Shown piece by piece: positions 9,392 through 18,787 of a stretch of 64,000 nt of DNA. The stretch comes from Persicimonas caeni (GTDB lineage Bacteria > Myxococcota_A > Bradymonadia > Bradymonadales > Bradymonadaceae). The notes under the pieces are model-generated. The model made no database searches, was not told where the DNA came from, and was given only the letters and a program-made list of their open reading frames with translations. The DNA is taken from positions 3,125,074 through 3,189,073 of the forward strand of contig NZ_CP041186.1 of NCBI RefSeq assembly GCF_006517175.1. Reading direction: 5' to 3'. Both the position numbers and the translations under genes were made by a program. How positions within the stretch are numbered: the first letter of the stretch is position 1; every line of letters begins with the position of its first letter.

Positions 9392-10177
9392 TTAGTTTGC
9401 CACGAGCATGCGCATCTGATTGGCCACGTCCAAGAGCTGGTCACTCATCAACGCGGCGAACGACGGCATGGTGAAGTAGAGCATGATCATGCCGGCGGGG
9501 ATGGTCAGCGCGAAGCCGAACGCAAAGAGGTTCATCTGCGGGGCGACCTTGGCCATGACGGCCAAGACGACGTAGACCATCAGGCCGGCGGCCATGACTG
9601 GGGCGGCCAGGCGCAGGCTGACCGAGAAGAACTGCGAGCCCAGGTGGGCCATGTCGAGACGCGAGACCGTGGTCATGGCCACGCTGCCCGGCGGGAGCAT
9701 GCGGAAGGTGTCGAAGACCGCGCTGATGATGTGTAGGTGGGCGTCGACGGCGAAGAAGACCAGGAGGCCGATGACCTTGAGGATGCGGCTGATGACGGTG
9801 GTGCTCGCGCCGGTCGACGGGTCGACGAAGCTCGCGAAGCCCAGGCCCATCGAGTAGCTGGCCATCTGGCCCATGCCGGTGGCGAAGGCCATGATCACGC
9901 GCACCATAAGCCCCATCGCCAGGCCGAGGATGAACTCGGGGGCGAGCACGGCCAGCCAGGCGGCGATGCCTGCTTCCGGGGGGAGGTGGGGGAAGCCGAG
10001 CGCCCAGCACATCACCAGGGTCAGGTGCAGGGCCAAGAGCGCGCGCACCCTCGGCGGCACCGCCGAGTTGGTGCCCAGCGGCGTGCCCGACAAGACGCCC
10101 AGCAGGCGCATCATGACCGCCGCGCCGCCCAGTATGTAGCCGTCGGCGGCAAATAGGAGCGCGCTCAGCTCGTTCAC
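9392..10177 (-). CDS. fliR: Flagellar export apparatus protein FliR
   Basis: Polytopic membrane protein with FliR motifs. The longer ORF-track version (to 10234) overlaps fliQ, and a GTG start at 10177 gives a GTGA overlap with the fliQ stop (translational coupling). Confidence 0.75.
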   Translation of the reverse strand: MNELSALLFAADGYILGGAAVMMRLLGVLSGTPLGTNSAVPPRVRALLALHLTLVMCWALGFPHLPPEAGIAAWLAVLAPEFILGLAMGLMVRVIMAFATGMGQMASYSMGLGFASFVDPSTGASTTVISRILKVIGLLVFFAVDAHLHIISAVFDTFRMLPPGSVAMTTVSRLDMAHLGSQFFSVSLRLAAPVMAAGLMVYVVLAVMAKVAPQMNLFAFGFALTIPAGMIMLYFTMPSFAALMSDQLLDVANQMRMLVAN

Positions 10178-10449
10178 GGCAGCTGTCCTACCGTTTCGAT
10201 GGAGCCGATGATCTCTTGGGCGAAGGTCAGCCAATGCTGCAACAGCCAGCCGCTAAGCCCCCACAACACTGCCCCGATGCCCACGATTTTGGGCACGAAG
10301 GTGAGCGTCATCTCGTTGATCTGGGTGGCCGCCTGCAGAATGCTGACAACCAGGCCGATCGCCAGGGCGGCGGCCATGAACGGGCCCCCCAAGAGCACGG
10401 CGACCCACATGGCCTGACGCGCCAATTCACTGACCCACTCGGGACTCAT
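10174..10449 (-). CDS. fliQ: Flagellar export apparatus protein FliQ
   Basis: 91-aa two-TM protein with typical FliQ sequence (LLGGPFMAAALAIGLVVSILQAATQINEMTLTFVPKI). Confidence 0.85.
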   Translation of the reverse strand: MSPEWVSELARQAMWVAVLLGGPFMAAALAIGLVVSILQAATQINEMTLTFVPKIVGIGAVLWGLSGWLLQHWLTFAQEIIGSIETVGQLP

Positions 10450-10450
10450 C

Positions 10451-11287
10451 TCAACCTCCCACGATGCTTCGCGCCAGGCTGCCGATGACCAGGTTCCAGC
10501 CGTCGGCGAGCACGAAGAGCAAGAGTTTGATGGGCAGCGAGACCATGACCGGGGGCACCATCATCATGCCCATGGCCATGAGCACCGAGGCGACGACCAC
10601 GTCGATGACGATGAACGGGATATAGAGCAGCGCGCCCATGATGAAGGCGGTGCGAAGCTCGCTGAGCATGAACGCGGGCACGAGCACCAGGGTGCTCACC
10701 TCGTCGAAGCTCTTGGGCCGCTGCGACTGCGTCATGCTGACGAAGAGGCGCAGGTCTTTGGGCCGGGTGTGGCGCGACATGAACCGGCGAAGGGGCTGCA
10801 CGCCCGCGTCGATGGCCTGTTGGTCGGTCAGTTGGCCGGCGCGGTACGGCTCGATGGCCTGCTCGTTGATGTCCGAGATGACCGGGCTCATCGTAAAGAG
10901 GCACAAAAAGAGGCTCAGGCCGATGAGCACCTGGCTTGGCGGCAGCGCCTGGGTGCCCAGCGCCTGCTTGAGGAAGCCGAGGACCACGACGATGCGCGTA
11001 AAGCTTGTGACGCTGACCAAGAGCGCGGGCAACAGGGTGAGCCCGAGCAGCAAGAAGATGATCTTGAGCACGGGCACCAGGCGCCCATCGCTCTCGCCCA
11101 GGTCGATGCGCACGCCGATGCTGGCGTTGCCTGTGTCGACGGCGTTGGTGTCGATGGTCTGCGCGCCTGTGGCGGCGGCCGCGTTGGCCGGGGCGCCCTG
11201 CGCGCTCGCCGCGACGGGGACCAGGAGCAAGCAGACCGCGATGACGACGGCGCTCAGGAGCAGATAAAAGTGGTGAATCGGGTTCAC
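10451..11287 (-). CDS. fliP: Flagellar export apparatus protein FliP
   Basis: 278-aa ORF with a signal-like N-terminus and conserved FliP core (VPAFMLSELRTAFIMGALLYIPFIVIDVVVASVLMAMGMMMVPP). Confidence 0.85.
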   Translation of the reverse strand: MNPIHHFYLLLSAVVIAVCLLLVPVAASAQGAPANAAAATGAQTIDTNAVDTGNASIGVRIDLGESDGRLVPVLKIIFLLLGLTLLPALLVSVTSFTRIVVVLGFLKQALGTQALPPSQVLIGLSLFLCLFTMSPVISDINEQAIEPYRAGQLTDQQAIDAGVQPLRRFMSRHTRPKDLRLFVSMTQSQRPKSFDEVSTLVLVPAFMLSELRTAFIMGALLYIPFIVIDVVVASVLMAMGMMMVPPVMVSLPIKLLLFVLADGWNLVIGSLARSIVGG

Positions 11288-12204
11288 GACCGCTCCCAGT
11301 TCTTGATGCCGGCCTGGCTCTTGAGCGACTCGAGGCCGCAGACCACGCTGTCCGATTCGAGGTTGGCGCGCGAGGCGCGGCGCAGCTCGCTGCGGGCCTC
11401 ATCGCGAGAGCTTCGGGTATTTCGGGTATTTCGGGTGCTCCGGGAGCTTCGGTCGGCGTCGGTGCGTCGGAAGAGCCCGTCGTGTCCCTCGGGCCTGGGT
11501 CCGGAGTCGATCGCCTCTTGGAGCATCGCCTGCCAGGTATCTTCGTCGCTCTGGCGGGAGGCTGCCTGGCCTAGTGCGGTGGAGCTCAGTGCGGTGGAGC
11601 CGAGTGCAGTGGAGCTGCGGGCTGCGGGAACTGCGTCGAGCTCGGCGAGTACTTGCATGTGGCCGTCGGAGAGGCCGAGCAGGAGCCGACGCCCCTCGAC
11701 CTCGACGATCGTCAGCTGGTGCTTGGTCCCCAGCTTCATGCTGCGAACGTGCTCCATCTCGACGAGCGCGTTCGGGGTCTGGCCGGTGCGGTATTTCTGG
11801 TAGGCCCAGCCGCCCAGCGCGATCAACCCGGCGCCGCCGAAGAGGATCCAGAACGACGACATCGGGACTTCGCCGGCCGGGGTGGCGGGCTTTTGGACCT
11901 CGCCGTCCCCTACGGGTTGGCCGGCGCCCTGCTCGAGCAAGGCGCGGTAGGCGTCGGCGTCCTCGGCTTGCTCGTCGGATGGTGATGGGTCGGCGGGCGG
12001 GTCGGCCGCCACCTTGTCAGCGGCCGGTTTGTCAGCGGCCGGTTTGTCAGCAGCCGGCTTGTCAGCGGCGGCATGATCGGGCTGGGCGGCATCTTTTTCC
12101 GCCCGTGGCTCCGAGTTTTTTGCCGGTTCCTTCGCGCTGGCAGGTACGGCGCTCGCCGCCATCACCAACACGGTGGCCATCATCATCAAAATTCGCAGGT
12201 TCAT
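11284..12204 (-). CDS. fliO: Flagellar biosynthesis protein FliO (with KPAAD low-complexity repeats)
   Basis: Single-TM protein directly upstream of fliP with ATGA overlap. The N-terminus carries (ADKPA)n repeats. The C-terminal part is FliO-like (HVRSMKLGTKHQLTIVEVEGRRLLLG). Confidence 0.6.
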   Translation of the reverse strand: MNLRILMMMATVLVMAASAVPASAKEPAKNSEPRAEKDAAQPDHAAADKPAADKPAADKPAADKVAADPPADPSPSDEQAEDADAYRALLEQGAGQPVGDGEVQKPATPAGEVPMSSFWILFGGAGLIALGGWAYQKYRTGQTPNALVEMEHVRSMKLGTKHQLTIVEVEGRRLLLGLSDGHMQVLAELDAVPAARSSTALGSTALSSTALGQAASRQSDEDTWQAMLQEAIDSGPRPEGHDGLFRRTDADRSSRSTRNTRNTRSSRDEARSELRRASRANLESDSVVCGLESLKSQAGIKNWERS

Positions 12205-12222
12205 TTTCGGCTCCAGCGAGCC

Positions 12223-12612
12223 TCAACCCTTCTTGAGGCTCTCAATCACTTCGTCGGTATCGATGACCGCGGTCAGTCGAATGCCGAAGCGTTCGTTGAC
12301 CACGACCGCCTCACCGCGGGCGATGAGCACGCCGTTGACGCGTACGTCCAGCGGCTCGGTGGCCGCCTTCGACAGCTCGATCATCGATGAGGGACCCAAC
12401 GACAATATCTCGGCGAGGGTCTTGCGGCTTCGGCCCAACTCGACGGTCACCTCGAGGGGGATATCTCCCAGAAACTCGAGGCCGGGCAGGTCGTGCTGCC
12501 CGTCGACCAGGCGCTGGTTATCCAGCCCTGCCTGGTCAGACTGCATGTTCTGTGCCGAACCTTGTCCCGAGGGATCGAAAGCGTTGTTGGCCGGGTTCAT
12601 CTCGTCTTGCAT
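12223..12612 (-). CDS. fliN: Flagellar motor switch protein FliN
   Basis: 129-aa ORF with a C-terminal SpoA/FliN domain (LEVTVELGRSRKTLAEILSLGPSSMIEL...VLIARGEAVVVNERFGIRLTAVI). Confidence 0.85.
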   Translation of the reverse strand: MQDEMNPANNAFDPSGQGSAQNMQSDQAGLDNQRLVDGQHDLPGLEFLGDIPLEVTVELGRSRKTLAEILSLGPSSMIELSKAATEPLDVRVNGVLIARGEAVVVNERFGIRLTAVIDTDEVIESLKKG

Positions 12613-12628
12613 GGCAATATCCTCAGGA

Positions 12629-13675
12629 TCAGGAAGCTTCGTGTAGGGAGGTCAATTCGACGGCCAGGTTGCCGTGGCTCACCGAGATCTGGGCGCGGTA
12701 CTTGGGCCGGCCCTCGATGCTCACGCACACCGGCTCGCTGGCCGACTGGTCCAGGCGCAGCACGTCGCCGGCCTTGAGCGAGGCGAGTTGGCGAAGGGTG
12801 ATATTGGTGCGGCCCAACTCGCCGATGAGCTCGACGGGGAGGCCCGAGGCACGTTGCTTGAGCGTCTGCTGCCAGTCGTGGTCGTCGCGCTCGCTTCGCT
12901 GGTAGCGCCCCGAGGCGAATAGCTCGCGGTAGTCAGCAAGAAGTTCGAAGGGCAGCGCGAAGCTCATCGACCCGCTCTGCGAGCCGAGGTCGATGTTGAA
13001 GGTCGACGCCAGCACCCAGGCCGACGGGCTGGTAAAGGCGATATTCGATGGCGAGGTGTCCACGCGCAGGTGACGCATCGCCACGGGCACCACCGGGCGC
13101 CACGCCTCTTCGACGGCGCGGCCGAAGATGCGCACCAGCCGGCGGATCAAACGCAGCTCGATGGCCGAGAAGCGCTCGCGCTTGGGCGGCGCGGCGTCCG
13201 CGCCCCCGCTCAGGCCGGCGCCGCCGAAGAGGCGCTCGAGCAGGCCGAACAACAACTTCATCTCGATGGAGACCATGCCGTAGCCGTCGAGGGTCTCGAA
13301 CTCGACCAGGTTGTAGCACCCCGGCGATTCGAGCTTGTCGAGCAGCTCGCCCCACGGCTCCATGCCGTCGGCGCGCGCCTCGACGTGGGTCTCGACGTTG
13401 AGCACGTGGGACAGCTCGATGGCCAAGTATTCGGCCACCCGCGCGTCGATGAGCTCGAGGGTGGGCAGCCGGCTGCGCTCGACGCGGCGCTCGCCGGTCA
13501 GGTTGAACGCTCGGTGCTCACGCTCCTCGACGTGGTGGGGCAGGTTCTCGACCAGCGGCGCCGCCTCCTCGACCTCTTCGACAGGAGGCTCGATCGACTC
13601 GGGCAGCGAGAGGCTGGAGTCGGCGGGAAGCTCCTCTGGAGCCTCGCCATCTAAGGGTTCGAATGAAAGATCCAC
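12629..13675 (-). CDS. fliM: Flagellar motor switch protein FliM
   Basis: 348-aa ORF with a CheC-like middle domain and a C-terminal FliN-like domain (LGRTNITLRQLASLKAGDVLRL). Immediately upstream of fliN. Confidence 0.8.
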   Translation of the reverse strand: MDLSFEPLDGEAPEELPADSSLSLPESIEPPVEEVEEAAPLVENLPHHVEEREHRAFNLTGERRVERSRLPTLELIDARVAEYLAIELSHVLNVETHVEARADGMEPWGELLDKLESPGCYNLVEFETLDGYGMVSIEMKLLFGLLERLFGGAGLSGGADAAPPKRERFSAIELRLIRRLVRIFGRAVEEAWRPVVPVAMRHLRVDTSPSNIAFTSPSAWVLASTFNIDLGSQSGSMSFALPFELLADYRELFASGRYQRSERDDHDWQQTLKQRASGLPVELIGELGRTNITLRQLASLKAGDVLRLDQSASEPVCVSIEGRPKYRAQISVSHGNLAVELTSLHEAS

Positions 13676-13688
13676 GACGGGCTCCCGC

Positions 13689-14238
13689 TCACTGCATCAT
13701 GAAGTCAGTGAAATACAGCTGCTGGACGGCGCGCGGCGAGACCACTTTCTTGGCCTCCTCGATGAGCGCCTCGCGCAGCCGGGCTTTGTCCTCCGGCGAG
13801 CGCAACTCGGCGGTGGTATACGCCGACAGCTTGCTCAAGTAGGCGTCGCGCAGGCGCACCTTGACCTCGTCGATCTTGGTGACGGCGTCTTTGTCGGTCG
13901 CCTCCAGGGTGATGCTCACGCGCAAGTAGCGCGGCTCGCCCGGCTCGTTGAGGTTGACCACGAAGGGGTCGAGGGGAACCAGGGGGCCCGGCGTGGCGCT
14001 CGGAGCTGCCTCGACCTCCGCTTCGGCCGGCTCGGCGGCCGCTTCGGGTGGGTTGGCGGCCTGAGCTCCTCCCATCAGCGAGGGGCCCATGAAGAAGAAG
14101 AAGGCCGCCAAGCCCGCGTTCGACACCAAGATGGCGGCGACCACGGCGATGATGACGCCTTTGTTCGATCCGCCCCCGGAGGCCTCGGCGGCCTCTTCGG
14201 CGCCCTCGACGTTTTCCTGCTCGTTATCCTTACTCATT
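13689..14238 (-). CDS. fliL: Flagellar basal-body-associated protein FliL
   Basis: Single-TM protein with a C-terminal FliL domain (FVVNLNEPGEPRYLRVSITLEATD...). Start taken at MSKDNEQENV. The ORF track extends upstream over the motB end in another frame. Confidence 0.7.
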
Positions 14239-15016
14239 TCGGTGCCCCCTGAGGCGTTGAAGAAGTCGGTTCGGCGGCCGGAGGGCCGGTCAAGATACTC
14301 ATTCGCAGTAGATTGCTCTGGCGCAAAAAGCGCTTCTCGCGGCGGCCGGCCTCGTGGCCAAAGCCCATGATGCGCAGCCGGTCGGGCTCGATGCCGCGCT
14401 GCAACAGGAAGCGGGCGACTCCGTCGGCGCGGCGAAGCGCCAGGTCCCAGCCCGCTTCGACCTCCTTGAAGGACTCGCCGCCCTTGGCGTAGGTCTCCAC
14501 GGCGACGTTGAACTGCGGCGGGCCAACCAGACTGACCAGTTGGCGCAAGAAGCGCTGGGCGGCCGGCTGCAACTCGTCGCTCCCCTCTTTGAAGGAGATC
14601 TGCCCGTCGACGTTGATGTGGATGCCCTCGGGCCGGTGCTCGACCCACGCCCGCCCTTCGAGGCCGGTGGCCTTGAAGAGCGCGGAGACCAGCGACTCGA
14701 CCTTCTTCTTGGAGCGCTGTTTGACGGGCATGTTTAGCTCCTTGCGCAGCTCTTCGACCGCCTCGTTCATGGGCGTGCCCGCGATGAGCTCGCGCGTGGA
14801 GACCATCGCCGACTCGCTCTGCTGGGGATCGACCATCAGACCGTCACGCATCGCCTGACGAATCTGCTGGTCGTCGAGGCTCGACATGGTCAGCAGCAGC
14901 ACGAAGAAGGTGAGCATGAGCATCAACAGGTCGGAGAACGTCGACATCCACGCGTTGGGATCGCCGGTCGGCCCCGACGGCTTCGAGCCTCCACGTTTGT
15001 CACGTCGGCCCATCAC
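14234..15016 (-). CDS. motB: Flagellar stator protein MotB (OmpA-like peptidoglycan-binding domain)
   Basis: N-terminal TM plug region (WMSTFSDLLMLMLTFFVLLLTMSS) and a C-terminal OmpA-like domain. Confidence 0.75.
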   Translation of the reverse strand: MMGRRDKRGGSKPSGPTGDPNAWMSTFSDLLMLMLTFFVLLLTMSSLDDQQIRQAMRDGLMVDPQQSESAMVSTRELIAGTPMNEAVEELRKELNMPVKQRSKKKVESLVSALFKATGLEGRAWVEHRPEGIHINVDGQISFKEGSDELQPAAQRFLRQLVSLVGPPQFNVAVETYAKGGESFKEVEAGWDLALRRADGVARFLLQRGIEPDRLRIMGFGHEAGRREKRFLRQSNLLRMSILTGPPAAEPTSSTPQGAPK

Positions 15017-15696
15017 GAACCTCCCTTGCGCACCGGCGGCAAGAAGACGACCTCGACGCGGCGCTGCTGGGTCTCACCGGTGCGCAACGGGCGAGTGGCG
15101 CCGTAGCCGGCGGCGGTCAACATGTCGGCGGGCACCCCGGCGGCGTGGTGCAGGTAGCGGTACACCGCCGCGGCGCGCGCGGCCGACAGGTACCAATTCG
15201 ACTGCGGCCCCGAGCTGGGGACCACGTCGGTGTGCCCCTCGACGCGTACCGGAAAGCCCACGCGCACGATGAGATCGGCCAGCCCGTCGAGCTGCGGAAA
15301 GCTTCGCGGGTTGATGCGCTGGCTGCCCGAGGCGAATAGGAGCCGGCTCTCGAAGCGAATTACCACCCGGCCGTCGCTGCGCTCGGCGACGTTGGCGCCC
15401 TGCAGGTCGTGAATCTCGAGCAGGGCCTGCACGCGGCGTTTGAGGTTTTGGGGCTGCTTGCGTGACTTCTTCTTGTGGGGCATCTCGGGGCCGAACTCCC
15501 CCTGCTTGAAGCCGGGGAGCACGCCGAAAGTACCGATCAACGAGTTGAGCACGATGCGGCTTCGGGCCTCGTCGATGGTCGCCAGGCTGTTGAGCATGAT
15601 GAAGAAGGCCAACAGGATCATCGACAGCGCCGTAAAGAGCACGATGAACTCGTCGCTTTTCGGCTCGTCCTCTTTTTTCTTTCTGCGTCGTCCCAT
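15013..15696 (-). CDS. Second MotB/OmpA-family stator protein (paralogue)
   Basis: TM segment FIVLFTALSMILLAFFIMLNSLA plus an OmpA-like C-terminus (SGSQRINPRSFPQLDGLADLIVRVGFPVRVEGHTD...YGATRPL). It overlaps both neighbouring genes by 4 bp. Confidence 0.7.
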   Translation of the reverse strand: MGRRRKKKEDEPKSDEFIVLFTALSMILLAFFIMLNSLATIDEARSRIVLNSLIGTFGVLPGFKQGEFGPEMPHKKKSRKQPQNLKRRVQALLEIHDLQGANVAERSDGRVVIRFESRLLFASGSQRINPRSFPQLDGLADLIVRVGFPVRVEGHTDVVPSSGPQSNWYLSAARAAAVYRYLHHAAGVPADMLTAAGYGATRPLRTGETQQRRVEVVFLPPVRKGGS

Positions 15697-15704
15697 GATC
15701 TGGC

Positions 15705-16496
15705 TCAGCCGTTGTCACTGCGTTGGGAGGGCGGAAGCTCGACTTCGAGTTGCTGGGCCAGGATGCGCGGGTTCTCGCCGCGGGCGATGCCCATCAAGCC
15801 CTTGACGACGAGCGCCTTGGCCTGCAGCTCCTCTTGGTGGCGAATGCGCAATTTGCCGGCCACGGGGGTGAACACGACGTTGGCCAGAAGCGCGCCGTAG
15901 AAGGTGGTCAGAAGGGCGACGGCCATCGCGGGGCCGATCGCCGAGGGGTCTTCCATGTTCTGGAGCATGTTGACCAGACCGATGAGCGTACCGACCAGAC
16001 CGAGTGCGGGCGCCGAGGAGGCGAAGGTCTCGAAGATCTGGGCGCCCGTGCCGTGGCGAGTCTCCATGCCCTCGAGCTCGTCGTACATCAGGTCTTCGAT
16101 CTTCTCGGGCTCGATGCCGTCGACCAGAAGCTGCACGCCGCGCTTCATGAAGTCGTCCTCGATGCTCGACAGGCTGCCTTCGAGCGACAAGATCCCTTCT
16201 TTGCGCGCCGTGTCGGCGAACTCGATGATCTGGGTGTTCTGCTCGCTGATGTCGGGCACCTCGTAGCGAAATACGTTGATGGCGACCTTCATGGCCGAGA
16301 GCACCCGGGCCATCGGGAAGCTGATCAAGCCGACGCCGAACGTACCGCCGACCACGATCATCATGCTGGGCACGTCCAAGAAGGAGGTCAGCGAACCGCC
16401 GGTGAGAATACTACCGATGATGAGGCCGAAGGCGGCCACCAGGCCAATGATGGTTGCGATGTCCACGACTGCGTCTCTCTCTCCTGAGGCAGACAA
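15705..16496 (-). CDS. motA: Flagellar stator protein MotA (MotA/TolQ/ExbB proton channel family)
   Basis: 263-aa four-TM protein with a conserved C-terminal channel region (PALGLVGTLIGLVNMLQNM...ALLTTFYGALLANVVFTPVAGKL). Confidence 0.8.
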   Translation of the reverse strand: MSASGERDAVVDIATIIGLVAAFGLIIGSILTGGSLTSFLDVPSMMIVVGGTFGVGLISFPMARVLSAMKVAINVFRYEVPDISEQNTQIIEFADTARKEGILSLEGSLSSIEDDFMKRGVQLLVDGIEPEKIEDLMYDELEGMETRHGTGAQIFETFASSAPALGLVGTLIGLVNMLQNMEDPSAIGPAMAVALLTTFYGALLANVVFTPVAGKLRIRHQEELQAKALVVKGLMGIARGENPRILAQQLEVELPPSQRSDNG

Positions 16497-16698
16497 TCAA
16501 ACAGTTCCGGGCCCGAGTTGGAGCAAACTCCGTACCAGCCCGAAAACAAAGTTCGTGCTCCGCTCGCACACCCCGTAGAAGGCCTACTCGGAAAATTGTG
16601 CCGGATCCGAAGGTGGATTTTTTGCCGGGTGGGTAGGGATCGCGCCTGGCGCCAAGACCCACGACCTCACGACGCCACGACCTCACGACTCCAGCCGT

Positions 16699-16714
16699 TG
16701 GCACACCCCTTGCT
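16699..16714 (+). promoter_or_regulatory. Sigma-54 (-24/-12) promoter: TGGCAC-ACCCC-TTGCT
   Basis: Exact TGGCAC-N5-TTGCW match about 20-80 nt upstream of the first plus-strand gene of the signalling operon. It lies in the divergent intergenic region next to motA. Confidence 0.6.
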
Positions 16715-16795
16715 AGTTGTTCGGCACGTCAACGAGTGCCCCGCGCCGACCGAGTCGAACGCGGACGATTTCAAGGGTCTTCGCCCCAGACACAC

Positions 16796-17242
16796 ATGAA
16801 CTCCCGATCGATCGAATTACTCCGCCGCGTGCGCGACACCGAGATGGCCGACGCGGTTCGCGCCGTCAGCCGCGCCCGCCAGGCGGTCGAGCAGGCCGAG
16901 CAGAAGCTCGACCAACTGATCAGCCAGCGCGACGACTTCCGCCAGCAGGTGCGCGCGCAATTCGAGAGCGGCGTGCCTCAGCGTGAGATGACTTTGCTCC
17001 ACCGCCAGATGGACTCGTTCGACCGGCAGGTCGAGATGCAGCGACGCGAGCTCAGCCGCCAGTACGGCCAGCTCGAAGAGGCGCGCGAGCACCAGATGGA
17101 GCTGGCGATGGTGCTCAAACAGCAAGAGCGCCTCGAAGAGCGACTGGCGGCGATGCGCCGCAGCGAAGACCGCGCCCGCGAGCAGCGCCAGCTCGACGAG
17201 CTAGGAGCCCAATCCGTGTACCGCTGGAACCTGTCGGACTGA
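16796..17242 (+). CDS. Coiled-coil protein, FliJ-like (flagellar export chaperone family) - tentative
   Basis: About 150 aa, entirely helical and charged, with Q/E/R-rich heptads like FliJ. Start taken at MNSRSIELL (ORF track begins at 16736). No strong motif, so the call rests on size, composition and context. Confidence 0.35.
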   Translation: MNSRSIELLRRVRDTEMADAVRAVSRARQAVEQAEQKLDQLISQRDDFRQQVRAQFESGVPQREMTLLHRQMDSFDRQVEMQRRELSRQYGQLEEAREHQMELAMVLKQQERLEERLAAMRRSEDRAREQRQLDELGAQSVYRWNLSD

Positions 17243-17245
17243 ATC

Positions 17246-18745
17246 ATGACGAGCCTGTGTAAACGAGCTGAGGCCCACGGCTGCGGTCAATTGCTGACCA
17301 CTCGTGCCCGCGTATTGACGATCGGTGACCGCGACACCTGCGAGCGCCTCGAGCGCAACTTTCGCTCGCCGGCGCCCGACGCCCGGCAGTGTGACCAGCA
17401 ATCCCACCTGGAGTTCGTCCACCTCGACGAGCAGCCCAAACTGCGTGAAACGTTGAACGCGAGCGCCGATCAGTGGGCGCTGCTCTTCATCGACGGCGAC
17501 TCCATGCCCAGCTTTCAGGCCGTCCACCTGATGGCCAACGCTCTGACGGTCGAGGCGTCGTTTCTGGTGCTGGTGGCCGTCAAGCGCATCGGCGCCGAGT
17601 GGTGCATGGCGCTCGAGCAACTGCAGTGGTCCAACCGCGTCTTCGCCATCGAGTCGTCCCCGGAGGCGGCCAGCGAGGCGCAGACTGCCCGGCGGCTCAT
17701 CGAGAAATGGTGTTGCTCGTCGCAGGCCGGCCACGGCGCCGAGCTCGGCGAGAACGACACCGAGGTCGACCGAAATCATCAAACCGGCGAGGCGGACGAG
17801 GCGTTCGACACCAAGGATACGCAGCGACAGCCGGCGCCGGCCTTTGTCGGCCACGACTCGACCGATGAAGCCGCGTACTCGGAGACCGCCCCCACGCTGG
17901 AGGAGGTCGGCGAGGCGCCCGTCCCGGCCATGCCGCCGATGCACCAGGCCCGCGCGCTCGAAGCCGTCGGCCAACTGGCCAGCGGCGTCGCCCACGAGAT
18001 CAACACCCCGGTGCAATTCGTCAGCGACAGCGTCTTCTTTTTGCAGGAGGCGTTCGAGGCCTTCGCCGAGTTGTTCAGCTCGCATCAGGAGTTGCTCGAC
18101 GAGATGGTCGACGGCCCGGAGGTGCGCCGCCACTGGAAGCACATCAGCCGCAATCACGACCTCGACTACTTTTTGGAGTCGGCCCCCGGTGCGTTGCGCC
18201 GGGCCGTCGAAGGCCTCGAGCAGGTCTCCGATTTGGTGCGCGCCCTCAAGGACTTCGCCCCGCGGGCCAATCAGCACGCCAAGAACCCGGCCGACCTGCA
18301 CCGCTCGCTGACCAACGCGGCCACCGTGTCGCGCAACCACTACAAGTACGTGGCCGAGCTCGAGCTGGACCTCGAGCCGGTCCCCCACGTGCCGTGCTAC
18401 GTGACCGAGCTCAACCAGGTCTTCTTGAACCTGATCATCAACGCCACCGACGCCATCGCCGAGCGCTTCGAGGGCTCGGGCCAGATGGGCACCATCAAGG
18501 TGTCGTGCTGGCAGGAGGCGAACGAGGCCGTGGTCACCATCGAGGACAACGGCTCGGGCATCTCCCCCGAGACCCAAGACCGGATATTCGACCCCTTTTT
18601 CACCACCAAGCCCGTCGGCAAAGGGACCGGTCAGGGACTGGCGATCGCGTGGGCGACCGTCGTCGATGGCCACGGAGGCCAGTTGAGCTTCGAGTCGACC
18701 ATGGGCGAGGGAACGACCTTTACAGTGCGACTGCCGCTCGTCTGA
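17246..18745 (+). CDS. Sensor histidine kinase with N-terminal receiver-like domain (REC-HisKA-HATPase)
   Basis: HisKA H-box region ASGVAHEINTPVQFV and HATPase N, G1 and G2 boxes (LNLIINATDAI, IEDNGSGI, GKGTGQGLAI). The N-terminal 120 aa resemble a receiver (ALLFIDGDSMP). Confidence 0.8.
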   Translation: MTSLCKRAEAHGCGQLLTTRARVLTIGDRDTCERLERNFRSPAPDARQCDQQSHLEFVHLDEQPKLRETLNASADQWALLFIDGDSMPSFQAVHLMANALTVEASFLVLVAVKRIGAEWCMALEQLQWSNRVFAIESSPEAASEAQTARRLIEKWCCSSQAGHGAELGENDTEVDRNHQTGEADEAFDTKDTQRQPAPAFVGHDSTDEAAYSETAPTLEEVGEAPVPAMPPMHQARALEAVGQLASGVAHEINTPVQFVSDSVFFLQEAFEAFAELFSSHQELLDEMVDGPEVRRHWKHISRNHDLDYFLESAPGALRRAVEGLEQVSDLVRALKDFAPRANQHAKNPADLHRSLTNAATVSRNHYKYVAELELDLEPVPHVPCYVTELNQVFLNLIINATDAIAERFEGSGQMGTIKVSCWQEANEAVVTIEDNGSGISPETQDRIFDPFFTTKPVGKGTGQGLAIAWATVVDGHGGQLSFESTMGEGTTFTVRLPLV

Positions 18746-18787
18746 TCAGGCGGGCCGCCAGCCCATCGACCCCAACTTGCCAAAGCA

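Noticed and set aside
9392-10234. Longer FliR ORF overlapping fliQ by 60 bp
   Set aside because: The overlap is in a different frame across conserved FliQ sequence. A GTG start at 10177 gives a standard-length FliR with a GTGA coupling overlap.
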